The notes under the pieces are model-generated. The model was not told the DNA's origin. It did no database searches and saw only the letters and a list, made by a program, of their open reading frames with translations. This document shows, piece by piece, positions 49,044 to 59,528 of a DNA stretch of 64,000 bases. The stretch is from Acidobacteriota bacterium (GTDB lineage Bacteria; Acidobacteriota; UBA890; WLXD01). Made by a program: the position numbers and the translations under genes. Position 1 is the stretch's first letter; the number at the start of each line of letters is the position of its first letter. Where the stretch lies: NCBI GenBank assembly GCA_965248695.1, contig CBDFKD010000002.1, positions 4,672,001 through 4,736,000 on the forward strand, in the 5' to 3' direction.

Positions 49044-49065
49044 GGCGAGCGCGTGAAGCCTATCC
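49044..49065 (-). promoter_or_regulatory. Conserved upstream motif of kinase genes (copy 2)
   Basis: Same GGATAGGCTTC-N3-CGCTCGCC as 35794-35815. Confidence 0.55.
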
Positions 49066-49312
49066 CTGGAGTTCCCGAGTTTCCATGACGGTGGGGCAGT
49101 CTCGACGCCGTAGCGGCCCAGGCAGGTACAACGACAAAGCGCCGTCGGAACGTACCCGTGCCGGTTGATGGTGCTGGTTAGCGAGCGCAGGGTCATCGCG
49201 GGCGGGATCTCAGCAGCAAGGGTTTGACAATGGGTCGTGGAAGACGGCGAAACGGAGCGCGAGCGGCCGGCACTTTTGGACCCGCGTGCTGGAGAGCGTA
49301 ATAATTCGTGCC

Positions 49313-50407
49313 ATGAGAAGAAACGCCCTGCTGGCTTTCGCCCTGTTGCTCGTCGGTTGTGACGCGCAAGGACGCTCCGTTCCGCAACAACCGCCGACCA
49401 CGACGGAACGACCCAATCTGCTGTTCATCATTACCGACGATCAGCGCTTCGACATGCTGGGCGTCGTGCACCCGTATCTCGAGACGCCGAACATGGACCG
49501 ATTGGCCGCTGAGGGTGTGCGCTTCGAGAACGCTTTCGTGACGACTCCCATCTGCGCCGCCAGTCGGGCCAGCCTGCTGACGGGGCTCGTGGAGCGAACC
49601 CATCGGTACACCTTCGCCACGCCGCCGCTCGCCGAACGATTCATCGACCTCAGCTATCCCGTCTTGATGCGGGAGGCGGGTTATCGCACGGGGTTCGTCG
49701 GCAAATTCGGTGTCAACACGGAAGAGGGTGTCGCCGACAAGATGTTCGACACCTACGAACCCTTTAGCGCGCCGTACCTCAAGCAACAGGACGACGGGTC
49801 GACCCGCCACCTCACGGACATCACTGCCGACCGAGCCGTCGAGTTTCTGAGATCTGCCGACAACAGCGTTCCGTTCGCGCTGACTTTGAGCTTCAACGCC
49901 CCTCATGCCGAAGATGACGACGAAAGACAGTTCATCTGGCCCGAGGCGATGGACGAACTGTACGCGGATGTCGCCATACCCCCTCCGCCTCTCTCCGAGC
50001 CGGCATTCTTCGATGCGCTGCCGGAGTTCCTCCAGGAGACTTCGCTCAACAGAGTCCGCTGGTACTGGCGTTTCGATGCGCCCGAGAAGGCGCAGCACAT
50101 GACGCGCGGATACCTGCGGATGATCAGCGGGGTCGACGCAGCCATCGGTCGCGTGCTCGACGAGCTCGCGTCGCTCGAGCTGGCGTCGAGTACCGTCGTC
50201 GTCTTGATGGGAGATAACGGGTACTTCCTGGGAGAGCGGGGCTACGCTGGAAAATGGCTCCCGTTGGAGCTCTCGATCCATGTGCCGCTCATCGTTTTCG
50301 ACCCGCGGCTCGAGGACGAATCGCGGGGAGCGCTTCCCTCACTGCTCGTCCTGAATATCGATATCGCCCCGACCCTGCTCGACCTGGCCGGCGTCGAGGT
50401 AGGCTGA
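49313..50407 (+). CDS. Formylglycine-dependent sulfatase, lipoprotein, C-terminally truncated
   Basis: RPNLLFIITDD, CAASRASLLTG, GDNG, VPLIV; ends abruptly after IAPTLLDLAGVEV. Confidence 0.8.
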   Translation: MRRNALLAFALLLVGCDAQGRSVPQQPPTTTERPNLLFIITDDQRFDMLGVVHPYLETPNMDRLAAEGVRFENAFVTTPICAASRASLLTGLVERTHRYTFATPPLAERFIDLSYPVLMREAGYRTGFVGKFGVNTEEGVADKMFDTYEPFSAPYLKQQDDGSTRHLTDITADRAVEFLRSADNSVPFALTLSFNAPHAEDDDERQFIWPEAMDELYADVAIPPPPLSEPAFFDALPEFLQETSLNRVRWYWRFDAPEKAQHMTRGYLRMISGVDAAIGRVLDELASLELASSTVVVLMGDNGYFLGERGYAGKWLPLELSIHVPLIVFDPRLEDESRGALPSLLVLNIDIAPTLLDLAGVEVG

Positions 50408-50562
50408 ATACGGGGGACCCTACGCGCCTGTCCGGTAGCGGTGGCCCGCCTCGACTACGGCGCCCAGCGTTCGTAAGTCGATCGCCATCCACGTCGGGCA
50501 CGGGGCTGGCCCCGCGGTGCGACCTCGCAGCGGCGGAGACGCCGGCCGAATACCCTGTGGCG

Positions 50563-51537
50563 ATGTCGACAGAGCCCGTCGCTACGGAACGCCCTTCACA
50601 GCGTCGAATCATGTGCGCCTGGATCACGATGGCGCTTGTCGGGGGTAGCTCGTGGCTGGTGATCCGCGTCGGGCTCGACGACATGCCGCCGTTCACGTTC
50701 TCGGGGATCCGCTTCGCCGTTGCGGCGCCTCTCCTGGCGGCCATCCTCTGGATTCGGAACCGGGGCCGCGACGCCGAAGCCCGGGCCGCCGACGCCCATG
50801 GGTCGATCTCCCCGACGCGGGCGCAATGGCGCGTCCTGATCGTCGTCGGCATTCAGGTGTTCATTGTCGGCAACGCGGCTTCGTTCTGGGGCCAGCAGTA
50901 CGTGCCTTCGGGCATCACCGGGGTGCTGTACGCGATCGGTCCCGCCGCTGCGATGCTGATCGCGTGGGTACGCATCGGCGACCCGCTCTCGGCCAGCCGG
51001 ACCTTTGGCCTGGCGCTCGGAATTGCCGGCGTGGCGCTGATCTCGGGCCGTCAGATTCAGCTAGGCGGACACCAAGTGGCCGCCGGGCTGGCAGGGGTCT
51101 CCGTCGGCGTCCTGTGCCTGGCGTGGGCCACCGTGTCCGTGCGGGAGCTACGTAGTGGCCTCGACCCTCTTTTCATCGCCCTGGTGCAGATCACCATGGG
51201 CGCGATGGCGCAGTTGGGCTTCGGGTACTTGCTGGAGAGCTCGGCTCCGTTTCGTCACACGCCGTCGGCCATCGGCGCCATCGTGTGGCTGGCTGTGGCC
51301 GGCTCGCTGGGAGCGTTCTGGCTGTTCTACTGGCTGCTGCGCCACATGGAGGCCACGCAAGTGCTGTCGCACTTGCTCGTCACCCCGATCATCGCCCTGT
51401 TTCTCGGCTGGGCGTTGCGCGGTGAGCAGGTCGGATGGCTCGAGGCGGGCGGTGTCGTTCTGGTTCTGGCCGGCGTCTATCTGGTGCTGTCGGCCAGGAG
51501 GGAGCCAAGCTCGGCTACCAGTCGAAGGATCGCGTGA
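50563..51537 (+). CDS. EamA/DMT family transporter
   Basis: About 10 TM helices, PPFTFSGIRF, two EamA halves. Confidence 0.85.
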   Translation: MSTEPVATERPSQRRIMCAWITMALVGGSSWLVIRVGLDDMPPFTFSGIRFAVAAPLLAAILWIRNRGRDAEARAADAHGSISPTRAQWRVLIVVGIQVFIVGNAASFWGQQYVPSGITGVLYAIGPAAAMLIAWVRIGDPLSASRTFGLALGIAGVALISGRQIQLGGHQVAAGLAGVSVGVLCLAWATVSVRELRSGLDPLFIALVQITMGAMAQLGFGYLLESSAPFRHTPSAIGAIVWLAVAGSLGAFWLFYWLLRHMEATQVLSHLLVTPIIALFLGWALRGEQVGWLEAGGVVLVLAGVYLVLSARREPSSATSRRIA

Positions 51538-54169
51538 CCTTGAGGGTCAAGGTGCGGTCGTGTCGGCCGACGCGGAAGCCGTCGTAGTCGCCGGCCTGAC
51601 GGTAGACCAGATAGATGTCGTCGCCGATGCGATGGATGTAGCGCAGGCGGGCGAACAGCGACACCGAATCGAAAACATTGTTGTACTGGATCAGGGCATC
51701 GGTGAGCCAGCGATCCGAGAAGCTGTAGCTGACGCGAGTGTTCAACACGTTGGAGGTGAAGCTCCCTGCCGGGAGGTCGAACTTGTTGAAGCTGAACCCG
51801 GGCGAGATGAGCAGGTTGGGGCTCGGTCGGAACGTCAAGCGTGGCGATAGCGTTACGATGGTCCCGTCGTAGAACGCTCCGATGCGCGCGTCGCCACCAA
51901 TGCTCACCCAGCGACCGGCGAAGCTGCGGAAGAGAGCGTACAGGTAGCGGTACCTGTACTCGCCCGGCGGGATAGTCACCTCGGGATGGATCTGAAAGGG
52001 GAGGTCGAGGCGATCGAAGAAGCTCACGGCGAGCACCCCTCCGAAGTCGCCCGCCTCGGTGTTCAAGAACGCGCCGGCCCATGACTCGCGCCCGACGAGC
52101 TCGCCGTGGGTGTCGCGGAACGTCGTCTGGTTGGCGCTGAAGTTAACCGATCGCAGCCACGGGATACCGCCGGGCCGAGGATTCCACGATGCGCGGTAGA
52201 CGCGGCGCACGACATCCTGGCGCAGGACGAAGCCCAGATCGGCCCTGAACTCGGGGTCGATGTGCGTGAGGTCGAAGCTGGCGCGCCACAGATCGCTCTG
52301 CCAGGCGACGCGGACCTGTCCTGCGAACTTGCCGTCCTCGAGGGTGTCGTCGGTGGCGCGGGCAGCGAACCCGGCGATGTTGAGGTTGTCGAAGAACGTG
52401 AAGCTCGCGTCCGCGCCGACCACCGTGTTGGTGCCGCCGTCCGCTCTCTCGACGTTGGTGGCCAGCGCCCCGACGCTGGATCGAGACAGCACGTCCTGGC
52501 GCCAGCGCAAAGCGGTGAATTGCTGGCCGCCGACGAGATCCGGGGTATCGGTGCGGACGTGCAGCAGGCCCATCGTGCCACCGGCCACCTTGCCCGTCAT
52601 CTTGGCGCCGAAGTCGATCGGCACCGGCGCCCCCGAGTCCGATAGACCGATGTTGCGCGAGTGGTACAGACGCAGCAGCGGGGGCTCGGTGCTCCCGTCG
52701 CCGCCGCGCGGCCCGAAGCTGAAGTTGTTGGCGCCCTCGAGGAAGAAGTCGCGCTTCTCGGGGAAAAAGAGCGAGAAGCGCGTCAGGTTGACGCGCTCGT
52801 CGTCGAGCTCGACCTGCGCGAAGTCGGTGTTGTAAGTGAGATCGGCAGTGAGCGTGGAGGTGAGCTGGATCTTGAGGTCGTCGATGCCGAGTTGCTGATC
52901 GACGCTGTTGGTCCGCGTCGGATCCTCAAACAGCGACGTCGAGGTTCCGAGGAAGTAGGGTCGGAGCCGGAACCGTTGTTTCAACGACAGGTTTTCGAAG
53001 CCGCGTAGGTCGCCTGCCTGCGATACGGCGATGAACCGGAAGTCGCGTCGGTAGTTGCTCCACGCCACCGATTCGTTCTTACGCCGTATCTGGCGCTCGA
53101 AGTCGACACCCCAGCCCGAGGCGCTGGTGGAGTAACGGAGGATGCCGAGTGGGATCACGAGCTCGGCCTCCCAGCCGCGCGAGGTGATCTGCGCGGCGGC
53201 GTCCCAGGCCTCGTCCCAGTCGGAGTTCACCTCGCTCTCGTTAAGGATGGTGGCGTCGTAGCGGGCCCCGAGTGGGTTGACGCGGAACAGGAACGCGCTG
53301 CGACCGTCGTTGAAGGTGTCGAGCACGACGCTCACCGTATCGTCCGAGCCTCGGCTATCGCCGCCACTGCCACTCCCTCCTCCGAGCGCGTCGCGTCGTA
53401 GCTCGCTGGCGAGGATCGCGCCGGGATCGCTGTCATACGCAATCACGCCGATGTACAGGTTCTCGTCGTCGTAGAGGATCCGCACCTCGGTGCGCTCCGA
53501 GGCCCCCTGGCCCTGCGTCGGCTCGCGCTGCAGGAAACCGCTGGCGACGTCGGCCAACGCCCAGCTCGCATCGTCCACGATCCCGTCCATCACCGGCGCC
53601 TCGGTGGTGCGCGACACGGCCATTTCCGGCCGGACCCCGGGTGCACGAATCGTTGGCGGTCGCGGACCGACCGGGGCCTCGAGATCGGGCTGGATCGGCT
53701 GCTCCGGGTCGGCGAGGCTATCGCCGGCCGAAGGAATGGTCTCGACGCGCGACACGGAATCCGCGTGGATGCCCGCCCACGCCGCCACCCGGGCCGAGTC
53801 GCCCACCGGCGCGAAGCTCGATCGCGGGGGTCCGTCGAGCTCGTTCGGTGCCACCATCCGCACGGGGATGACCCTTCGGACGGACTGTGGGGGCACGGAG
53901 GCCGGCATGGCGCGACGACGCGCCGTCGAAGGTGACGGGGACGGTGCGGTGCTGCTGTCCGGTGTGACCAGACGAACGGGGAAGCTCGTGGGTCGCCCCG
54001 GTACCGTGGCTTCGGAGCCCCCGTCGTCCGGGCGCTCCGCTGCCACTGCCTCATCCTGGCGCTCTTGCCGCGCCGGGTCGTCCTCAGACTGCCCCGGCCT
54101 GTCCGCGCTTGGCGCCGTGGCCACCAACAGGGCGAGGCATACGGACAGGACGCACTTGTGCTTGAGCAA
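51515..54169 (-). CDS. DUF5916 / CBM9-like outer-membrane protein (paralog)
   Basis: Same motifs as 35966-38557; ends with aromatic SFDW. Confidence 0.8.
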   Translation of the reverse strand: MLKHKCVLSVCLALLVATAPSADRPGQSEDDPARQERQDEAVAAERPDDGGSEATVPGRPTSFPVRLVTPDSSTAPSPSPSTARRRAMPASVPPQSVRRVIPVRMVAPNELDGPPRSSFAPVGDSARVAAWAGIHADSVSRVETIPSAGDSLADPEQPIQPDLEAPVGPRPPTIRAPGVRPEMAVSRTTEAPVMDGIVDDASWALADVASGFLQREPTQGQGASERTEVRILYDDENLYIGVIAYDSDPGAILASELRRDALGGGSGSGGDSRGSDDTVSVVLDTFNDGRSAFLFRVNPLGARYDATILNESEVNSDWDEAWDAAAQITSRGWEAELVIPLGILRYSTSASGWGVDFERQIRRKNESVAWSNYRRDFRFIAVSQAGDLRGFENLSLKQRFRLRPYFLGTSTSLFEDPTRTNSVDQQLGIDDLKIQLTSTLTADLTYNTDFAQVELDDERVNLTRFSLFFPEKRDFFLEGANNFSFGPRGGDGSTEPPLLRLYHSRNIGLSDSGAPVPIDFGAKMTGKVAGGTMGLLHVRTDTPDLVGGQQFTALRWRQDVLSRSSVGALATNVERADGGTNTVVGADASFTFFDNLNIAGFAARATDDTLEDGKFAGQVRVAWQSDLWRASFDLTHIDPEFRADLGFVLRQDVVRRVYRASWNPRPGGIPWLRSVNFSANQTTFRDTHGELVGRESWAGAFLNTEAGDFGGVLAVSFFDRLDLPFQIHPEVTIPPGEYRYRYLYALFRSFAGRWVSIGGDARIGAFYDGTIVTLSPRLTFRPSPNLLISPGFSFNKFDLPAGSFTSNVLNTRVSYSFSDRWLTDALIQYNNVFDSVSLFARLRYIHRIGDDIYLVYRQAGDYDGFRVGRHDRTLTLKVTRSFDW

Positions 54170-54506
54170 TATGAGCGGCTCGGATGGGACGCCGTGACAT
54201 GAATGACGGTCTGACGGGTCACGTTACAGCGTCCGTCCGATGATGGGAAAGTTCGCCAGCGTAGCAGCGGTAATGGCCGGCCAGGCACGGCCATCGGCGG
54301 TGTGCAATGGACAATTACCAAGCTCGGGCGCGCCGAGACGACGGGTGAGCGCGAAGATCGGTTTTCTCGCCATGGCGCGGATGGAGGGCGACCCTCTTTC
54401 CGTTGTAACGGGAAGACTTCGAAGCTAACCTCCAGCAGCCCTTGAGGGCGGTGCCTGCGCCGCTCGCACCACTTTTCGGCACGCTGCCTCCTGGGAGGAT
54501 CGGACG

Positions 54507-56213
54507 ATGCAGACGGCTCGGCAGGTACCTCATCAGCGCCGCCATTCATCCCGACCGGGCCTTTCGTCACACGGCCCGTGGCTGGCGATCGCGGCGGTCA
54601 TGTTGTTGCTTCCGACGGCTTGTGGTCCGGCTCCCGAGCCCGCGTCCGCGGCGGCGAGCTCCTCCGCGATGTCGATCGCGGCAATGGACGTGCCACCCCG
54701 CGTCGAAGCGGACGGCGAGACGCTCGAGGGTGTGTACTTCGGCTCCGACGGTGGGCAGGTGGTGTTCAAGGGCGTACCCTACGCCGCTCCCCCGGTGGGT
54801 GATCTTCGCTGGCGGCCGCCGCGTCGCCACGAGCCGCGCTCGGGTGTCCAGTCCGCCGCGGACTTTCCGCCGCCGTGTGCGCAGACCCAGAGCAACCTCG
54901 ACTGGTACGGGGCGGTCGCCGAGAGCCTCGGGCAAGATGCGAGCGTCGCCTTCGGCGTGCCGCCCGTAAGCGAGGACTGCCTGTATCTGAACGTGTGGAC
55001 GACGAACTGGCGGGGCGACACGGCGCAACCGGTCATGATGTGGATCCACGGCGGCGGCAACGCTGTGGGCTGGTCGACCGAGCCACCGTACCAGGGACAC
55101 CACCTGGCGCGTCGGGGGGTGGTCGTAGTCAGCCTGAACTACCGCCTCAACCACTTCGGATTCATGGCCCACCCGGGGCTGACGGCCGAATCCGAGCACG
55201 ACGCCTCGGGAAACTACGGACTGCTGGATCAGATCGCGGCCCTCGAGTGGATACAGCGCAACATCGCCTCCTTCGGCGGCGACCCTGACCGGGTGACGAT
55301 TTTCGGCGAGTCGGCCGGCGGCCGCGACTCGACGTTTCTGATGACGTCGCCCCTTGCAGAGGGTCTGTTCCACGGTGCCATCTCCCAGAGTGGCGGCTAC
55401 CGGTTCGCGTCGTACAACAATCTGGCGGAGGCTGAAGAACGCGGTCGGCAACTCGGCCAAGCGCTCGGCGGCCGTGCGGCGAGCGCCGATCCCGCCGAGG
55501 CGGTGGCGGCCCTGCGCGAGGCGAGCATGCAGGACATCCTCGGTACCCCGGTGCCGCCGGGCCGCGGCGGTGTGAATTTCGACGGCTGGGTACTGCCGCG
55601 CTCGCTGGGGGAGACCTTCGCCGCCGGCGATCAGCATCCGGTGCCATTGATGATCGGTTCCAACGCCAACGAGGCCGCGATGGGAGCGCGCGAGATGCCG
55701 GCGGATCAGTTCGAGGAGATGGTCCGCGACCGCTACGGCTCGCTGGCCGATCGAGCTCTGGAGATCTATCCAGTCGACGGGGCCACGGCGTCGGCGAGTT
55801 TGGTGGACCGCTTCTTCACCGACAATGGCCAGGGCTGTGGCTCCAAGCACCTCATCGCAGGCATGCCGCAGACCGGCGCCAAGGCGTGGCTGTACTACTT
55901 CAGTCGCGTACAGCCCGGCGGGACTCTGGGCGCTTTCCACGGCGCCGAGATCCCGTACGTGCTCGGCACCCCGGACAGCTGGATGCCTTGGGACGCGACC
56001 GACGCGGCGTTGGCGGAGGCGGTTGGCGGGTACTGGACGCGCTTCGCCGCCACCGGTGATCCGAACGGCGCCGGGGCGCCGGCGTGGCCCGAGTGGGACG
56101 CGCAGTCCGATGCTTATATCGAGCTCGGCGACCAGGTGCGGGCCGGCACCGGCCTGCGCGCGGAGGAGTGCGCCCTGTACGACGAGGCTGTGGCCATGAG
56201 GGCGCAACAGTAG
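54507..56213 (+). CDS. Type-B carboxylesterase, probable lipoprotein
   Basis: FKGVPYA.PP, SEDCLYLNVW, WIHGGG, FGESAG, FHGAEI. Confidence 0.9.
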   Translation: MQTARQVPHQRRHSSRPGLSSHGPWLAIAAVMLLLPTACGPAPEPASAAASSSAMSIAAMDVPPRVEADGETLEGVYFGSDGGQVVFKGVPYAAPPVGDLRWRPPRRHEPRSGVQSAADFPPPCAQTQSNLDWYGAVAESLGQDASVAFGVPPVSEDCLYLNVWTTNWRGDTAQPVMMWIHGGGNAVGWSTEPPYQGHHLARRGVVVVSLNYRLNHFGFMAHPGLTAESEHDASGNYGLLDQIAALEWIQRNIASFGGDPDRVTIFGESAGGRDSTFLMTSPLAEGLFHGAISQSGGYRFASYNNLAEAEERGRQLGQALGGRAASADPAEAVAALREASMQDILGTPVPPGRGGVNFDGWVLPRSLGETFAAGDQHPVPLMIGSNANEAAMGAREMPADQFEEMVRDRYGSLADRALEIYPVDGATASASLVDRFFTDNGQGCGSKHLIAGMPQTGAKAWLYYFSRVQPGGTLGAFHGAEIPYVLGTPDSWMPWDATDAALAEAVGGYWTRFAATGDPNGAGAPAWPEWDAQSDAYIELGDQVRAGTGLRAEECALYDEAVAMRAQQ

Positions 56214-56267
56214 GTAGGTAGCGTTCTACCGGAGGCTGCCCTCTGGGAACAGAGGCCTGAGACACGC

Positions 56268-57719
56268 GTGAAGCTCCGCTGCGTCGTACTCGGACTGGTC
56301 TGGCTCGCCGGGTCTGTATCGACTGGTCCGGGGTCAGCAAGTGCAGTGGGGGCGAGCGACAAAGGGGTCGAGCGCATCGTCGTGGTCGGCGGCGGCGTCT
56401 ACGGCCTGGCCGCAGCACGCGACCTACAAGATGCCGGTTTCGAGGTCGTCGTCCTTGAGGCCAAGGATCACCTCGGCGGCCGGGTCTGGACGGACCGCAG
56501 CACAGGGTTCCCGCTCGACATGGGAGCGAATTGGATCCAAGGGGTCGACGGCAACCCGATTACGGTGCTGGCCGATCGGCTCGGCCTCGGGCGGGTCATG
56601 ACCAACTGGGAGAGATGGGTCGACTATGACGTTGACGGTTCTCGGGACCCGCTCAGCAGCGCGCAGTACACAGAGTGGGAGGGCACGCTGCAAGCGTATA
56701 CGCGCGATTTCGTGCGTCGGTCCGCGAACGCGACGATCCAGGTAATGGTCGATGCGGCACGTCGAGCGGGCGAGCTGGATTCCCTCACCGATCGCCAGCT
56801 CGACTACCTACTGAACAGCTATGTGGAGTTGGAGTACGCTGCCGATGCCGCGCAGATGTCGGTTCGGGGTCTCGACGAGGGCGGCGCGTTCGGCGGCGGG
56901 GATGTTGTTTTCCCCGGCGGCTACGACGCCATCGTCGAATCCCTGGCATCGGGCCTCACGGTCCACCTGTCGACGGTGGTCACGACCATCGAACATGGCC
57001 GCTTCGGGGTGCGCGTTCGCACCGACCGGGGCACCTTCGAGGCGGATCGAGTCGTGGTGACCCTCCCGTTGGGGGTGCTCAAGTCGGGGAACGTGGACTT
57101 TTCCCCGCGACTCCCGATCTGGAAGCGCAAGGCTATCGAGAGGCTTGCGATGGGGGTCCTCAACAAGGTTTGGCTCGTGTTCGCGAACGTATTCTGGGAT
57201 GCGGACCTGCACTGGATCGGTTACCTGAGCGAGGATAAGGGGCGGTTCGCGGGCTGGCTCAACCTCGCCGCTCACACGGGCGCACCGGTGTTGCTCGCGT
57301 TCAACGCCGGAGCCTACGGAAACGAGGTCGAAGCGCTGAGCGACGAGCAGACACTCGAGCAGGCCATGGGCGTACTGCGCACTCTGTACGGGGCTGCCGT
57401 GACCGAGCCTGTGGCCGTCAGGATCACACGCTGGAACTCTGACCCGTTCGCCTATGGGTCGTACTCCTACCTACCCCCAGGCGCCCGTTCGGTACATCGG
57501 CGCCGGTTGGCACGTCCCGTCAAGGGCCGATTGTACTTCGCGGGTGAGGCTACCAGCACGCGCTACCCCGCGACTGTGCACGGGGCCTATCTGTCGGGAA
57601 CCCGGGCCGCCGACGAGATCGTGACTCGGGCCGATGGTAGCCGGGGCGCCACGGTTTCACCCCAGCAGCGGAGATCCCATGTTCGCTGGCGAGAGTTTCC
57701 GACAACACTGGATTCGTAG
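56268..57719 (+). CDS. Flavin amine/polyamine oxidase family, predicted secreted
   Basis: VVGGGVYGL, EA....GGR, DMGANWI, GSYSY, FAGEAT..YPATVHGA..SG. Confidence 0.87.
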   Translation: MKLRCVVLGLVWLAGSVSTGPGSASAVGASDKGVERIVVVGGGVYGLAAARDLQDAGFEVVVLEAKDHLGGRVWTDRSTGFPLDMGANWIQGVDGNPITVLADRLGLGRVMTNWERWVDYDVDGSRDPLSSAQYTEWEGTLQAYTRDFVRRSANATIQVMVDAARRAGELDSLTDRQLDYLLNSYVELEYAADAAQMSVRGLDEGGAFGGGDVVFPGGYDAIVESLASGLTVHLSTVVTTIEHGRFGVRVRTDRGTFEADRVVVTLPLGVLKSGNVDFSPRLPIWKRKAIERLAMGVLNKVWLVFANVFWDADLHWIGYLSEDKGRFAGWLNLAAHTGAPVLLAFNAGAYGNEVEALSDEQTLEQAMGVLRTLYGAAVTEPVAVRITRWNSDPFAYGSYSYLPPGARSVHRRRLARPVKGRLYFAGEATSTRYPATVHGAYLSGTRAADEIVTRADGSRGATVSPQQRRSHVRWREFPTTLDS

Positions 57720-57773
57720 TCGAGCACCCTCAGCGCGCCTCGCCGTGGCGCTCCTCTTCACGCTCCCTACCGG

Positions 57774-59528
57774 CTACCAGCTCCAGCGCTCGGCCTGGTA
57801 GACAGCCTGGCCACCGAGGAGGGTGAGCAGCACGTCCACATCGTGGATCTCGTGTGGAGGGGTCTCGAAGAGATCGCGCTCCAGAACGATGAGATCCGCC
57901 AGTTTCCCGATCTCGATCGATCCCGTCTCCTGCTCGCGGAAGTTCAGATAGGCCACCCCGGTCGTGTAGCCAGCGATGGCGGTGGCCAGATCGATCTTCT
58001 CCTCCGGGTGCCAGGCATCGCCCGGCCCTGCTTGCGGGCCGCGACGGGTGACCGCAACCTGCATGCCGTCGAGCGGGTTCAAGGACGAGACGGACCAATC
58101 ACTGCCGAAGGCGATCCGACCTTCCGCGGCAACGACGCTGCCGATCGGATACAGCCAGCGTGACCGCTCCATGCCGATCAGCGGCTCCGTCAGATCGATA
58201 ATGTATCCGTCGCGCTGAGCCCAAAGCGGTTGGAAGTTCGCGATCGCATCGAGCTCGCCGAAGCGTGCGATATCGTCCGGATGAATCAGCTGTGCATGCG
58301 CGATGTGATGGCGCGAGTCGCGGGCACCGTTCACAGCGCGGGCGTGCTCGAAGGCATCGAGCGTCATGCGGATCGCCGCGTCACCGATCGCGTGTACATG
58401 CACCTGGAAGCGCTCGGCGTCCAGAGCTGCCACCAGATCCTCGAGTGGCTCGGCGTCGATAAAGGGCTCGCCGTAGAAGCCAGGGCGATCCGTGTAGGGT
58501 TCGAGAAGTGGCACCGCATGGGCCTCGATCACGCCGTCGGAGACGATCTTCACTGCCGTGGGCCGGAGACGCTCGCTGCCGAAGTCCTGCCTGAGCGCGA
58601 TAAGGCGCGGCAAATTGTCGAGTCCCTCGAGCACGTTGACCCGCAATCCTATGATCGCTCGTACCGTCAGCTCATTGCGCTCGTCGAGCGCCGCGTAGGC
58701 TTCGAGCGACTCCCGGCTGGCCCCCGCATCCTGCCAGCGCGTGATGCCGAAGGCGTTGGCGCGCTCGACGGCGAGGCGCAATCCCTCGCGCCGCTCCGAC
58801 GGGGTGGTCTCTGGCATGTGCCTCGCCACTAGGCCGGACGCGGCCTCACGGAGCGTCCCCGTCGGCTCGCCGGTGACCGGATCGCGTTCGATGTGGCCGT
58901 TCGTCGGATCAGGCGTGTCGGCGTCGATACCGGCGAGCTCCAGCGCGCGCGAGCTCGCCCACCCGGAGTGCCCATCCGCCGACCTGAGGAGCACGGGATG
59001 GCCGGGTGCGGCCGCATCGAGGACGGATTTGTGCGGGTTGCCATCGTCAAACAGATAGAGGAACCAACCGCCGCCACGTATCCAGCCTCCCTCTGCGGTT
59101 CGCTCCGCACAGCTGCGAATCGTCTCGACCAGCACCACGAGATCGACGATATCGTTGAGGTTGCAGGCAGCGAGTCGCATCCCGGCGGAGATCGGATGCA
59201 CGTGCGAGTCGCCGAAGCTGGGCAGCAGCATCTTGCCCTGCAGATCGACGACCCGGGTCTCGGGTCCGGTCCACTCCTCGGCATCCCGATCGGAGCCGAC
59301 CGCCATGATCCGATCACCGGAGACGGCAACTGCTTCGGCCCAGGACCGGTTCAGATCTACGGTGTAGACGGCGCCGTTGCGAAAGACGAGATCGGCCGGA
59401 CCCCGGTTTGGCGAGTCGCAGCCCCCAACAACGAGACCGATGATCAAGAAACAGCCGACCCACGGCAGCATCCGAGCACCATTTGACCGGGGCGCGGGCG
59501 GGGCGATGCGCTGTACCGGCGCGCTCAT
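57774..59528 (-). CDS. Amidohydrolase 3 (YtcJ-like) lipoprotein
   Basis: VVGGC lipobox, DSHVH, HAIGD, FGSDW, GKLADL. Confidence 0.87.
   Translation of the reverse strand: MSAPVQRIAPPAPRSNGARMLPWVGCFLIIGLVVGGCDSPNRGPADLVFRNGAVYTVDLNRSWAEAVAVSGDRIMAVGSDRDAEEWTGPETRVVDLQGKMLLPSFGDSHVHPISAGMRLAACNLNDIVDLVVLVETIRSCAERTAEGGWIRGGGWFLYLFDDGNPHKSVLDAAAPGHPVLLRSADGHSGWASSRALELAGIDADTPDPTNGHIERDPVTGEPTGTLREAASGLVARHMPETTPSERREGLRLAVERANAFGITRWQDAGASRESLEAYAALDERNELTVRAIIGLRVNVLEGLDNLPRLIALRQDFGSERLRPTAVKIVSDGVIEAHAVPLLEPYTDRPGFYGEPFIDAEPLEDLVAALDAERFQVHVHAIGDAAIRMTLDAFEHARAVNGARDSRHHIAHAQLIHPDDIARFGELDAIANFQPLWAQRDGYIIDLTEPLIGMERSRWLYPIGSVVAAEGRIAFGSDWSVSSLNPLDGMQVAVTRRGPQAGPGDAWHPEEKIDLATAIAGYTTGVAYLNFREQETGSIEIGKLADLIVLERDLFETPPHEIHDVDVLLTLLGGQAVYQAERWSW

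Noticed and set aside
50400-50460. Selenocysteine read-through at the sulfatase TGA
   Set aside because: Sequence after TGA does not continue as sulfatase, the position is not a Cys site, and no SECIS recognised; no selenoprotein found in the window
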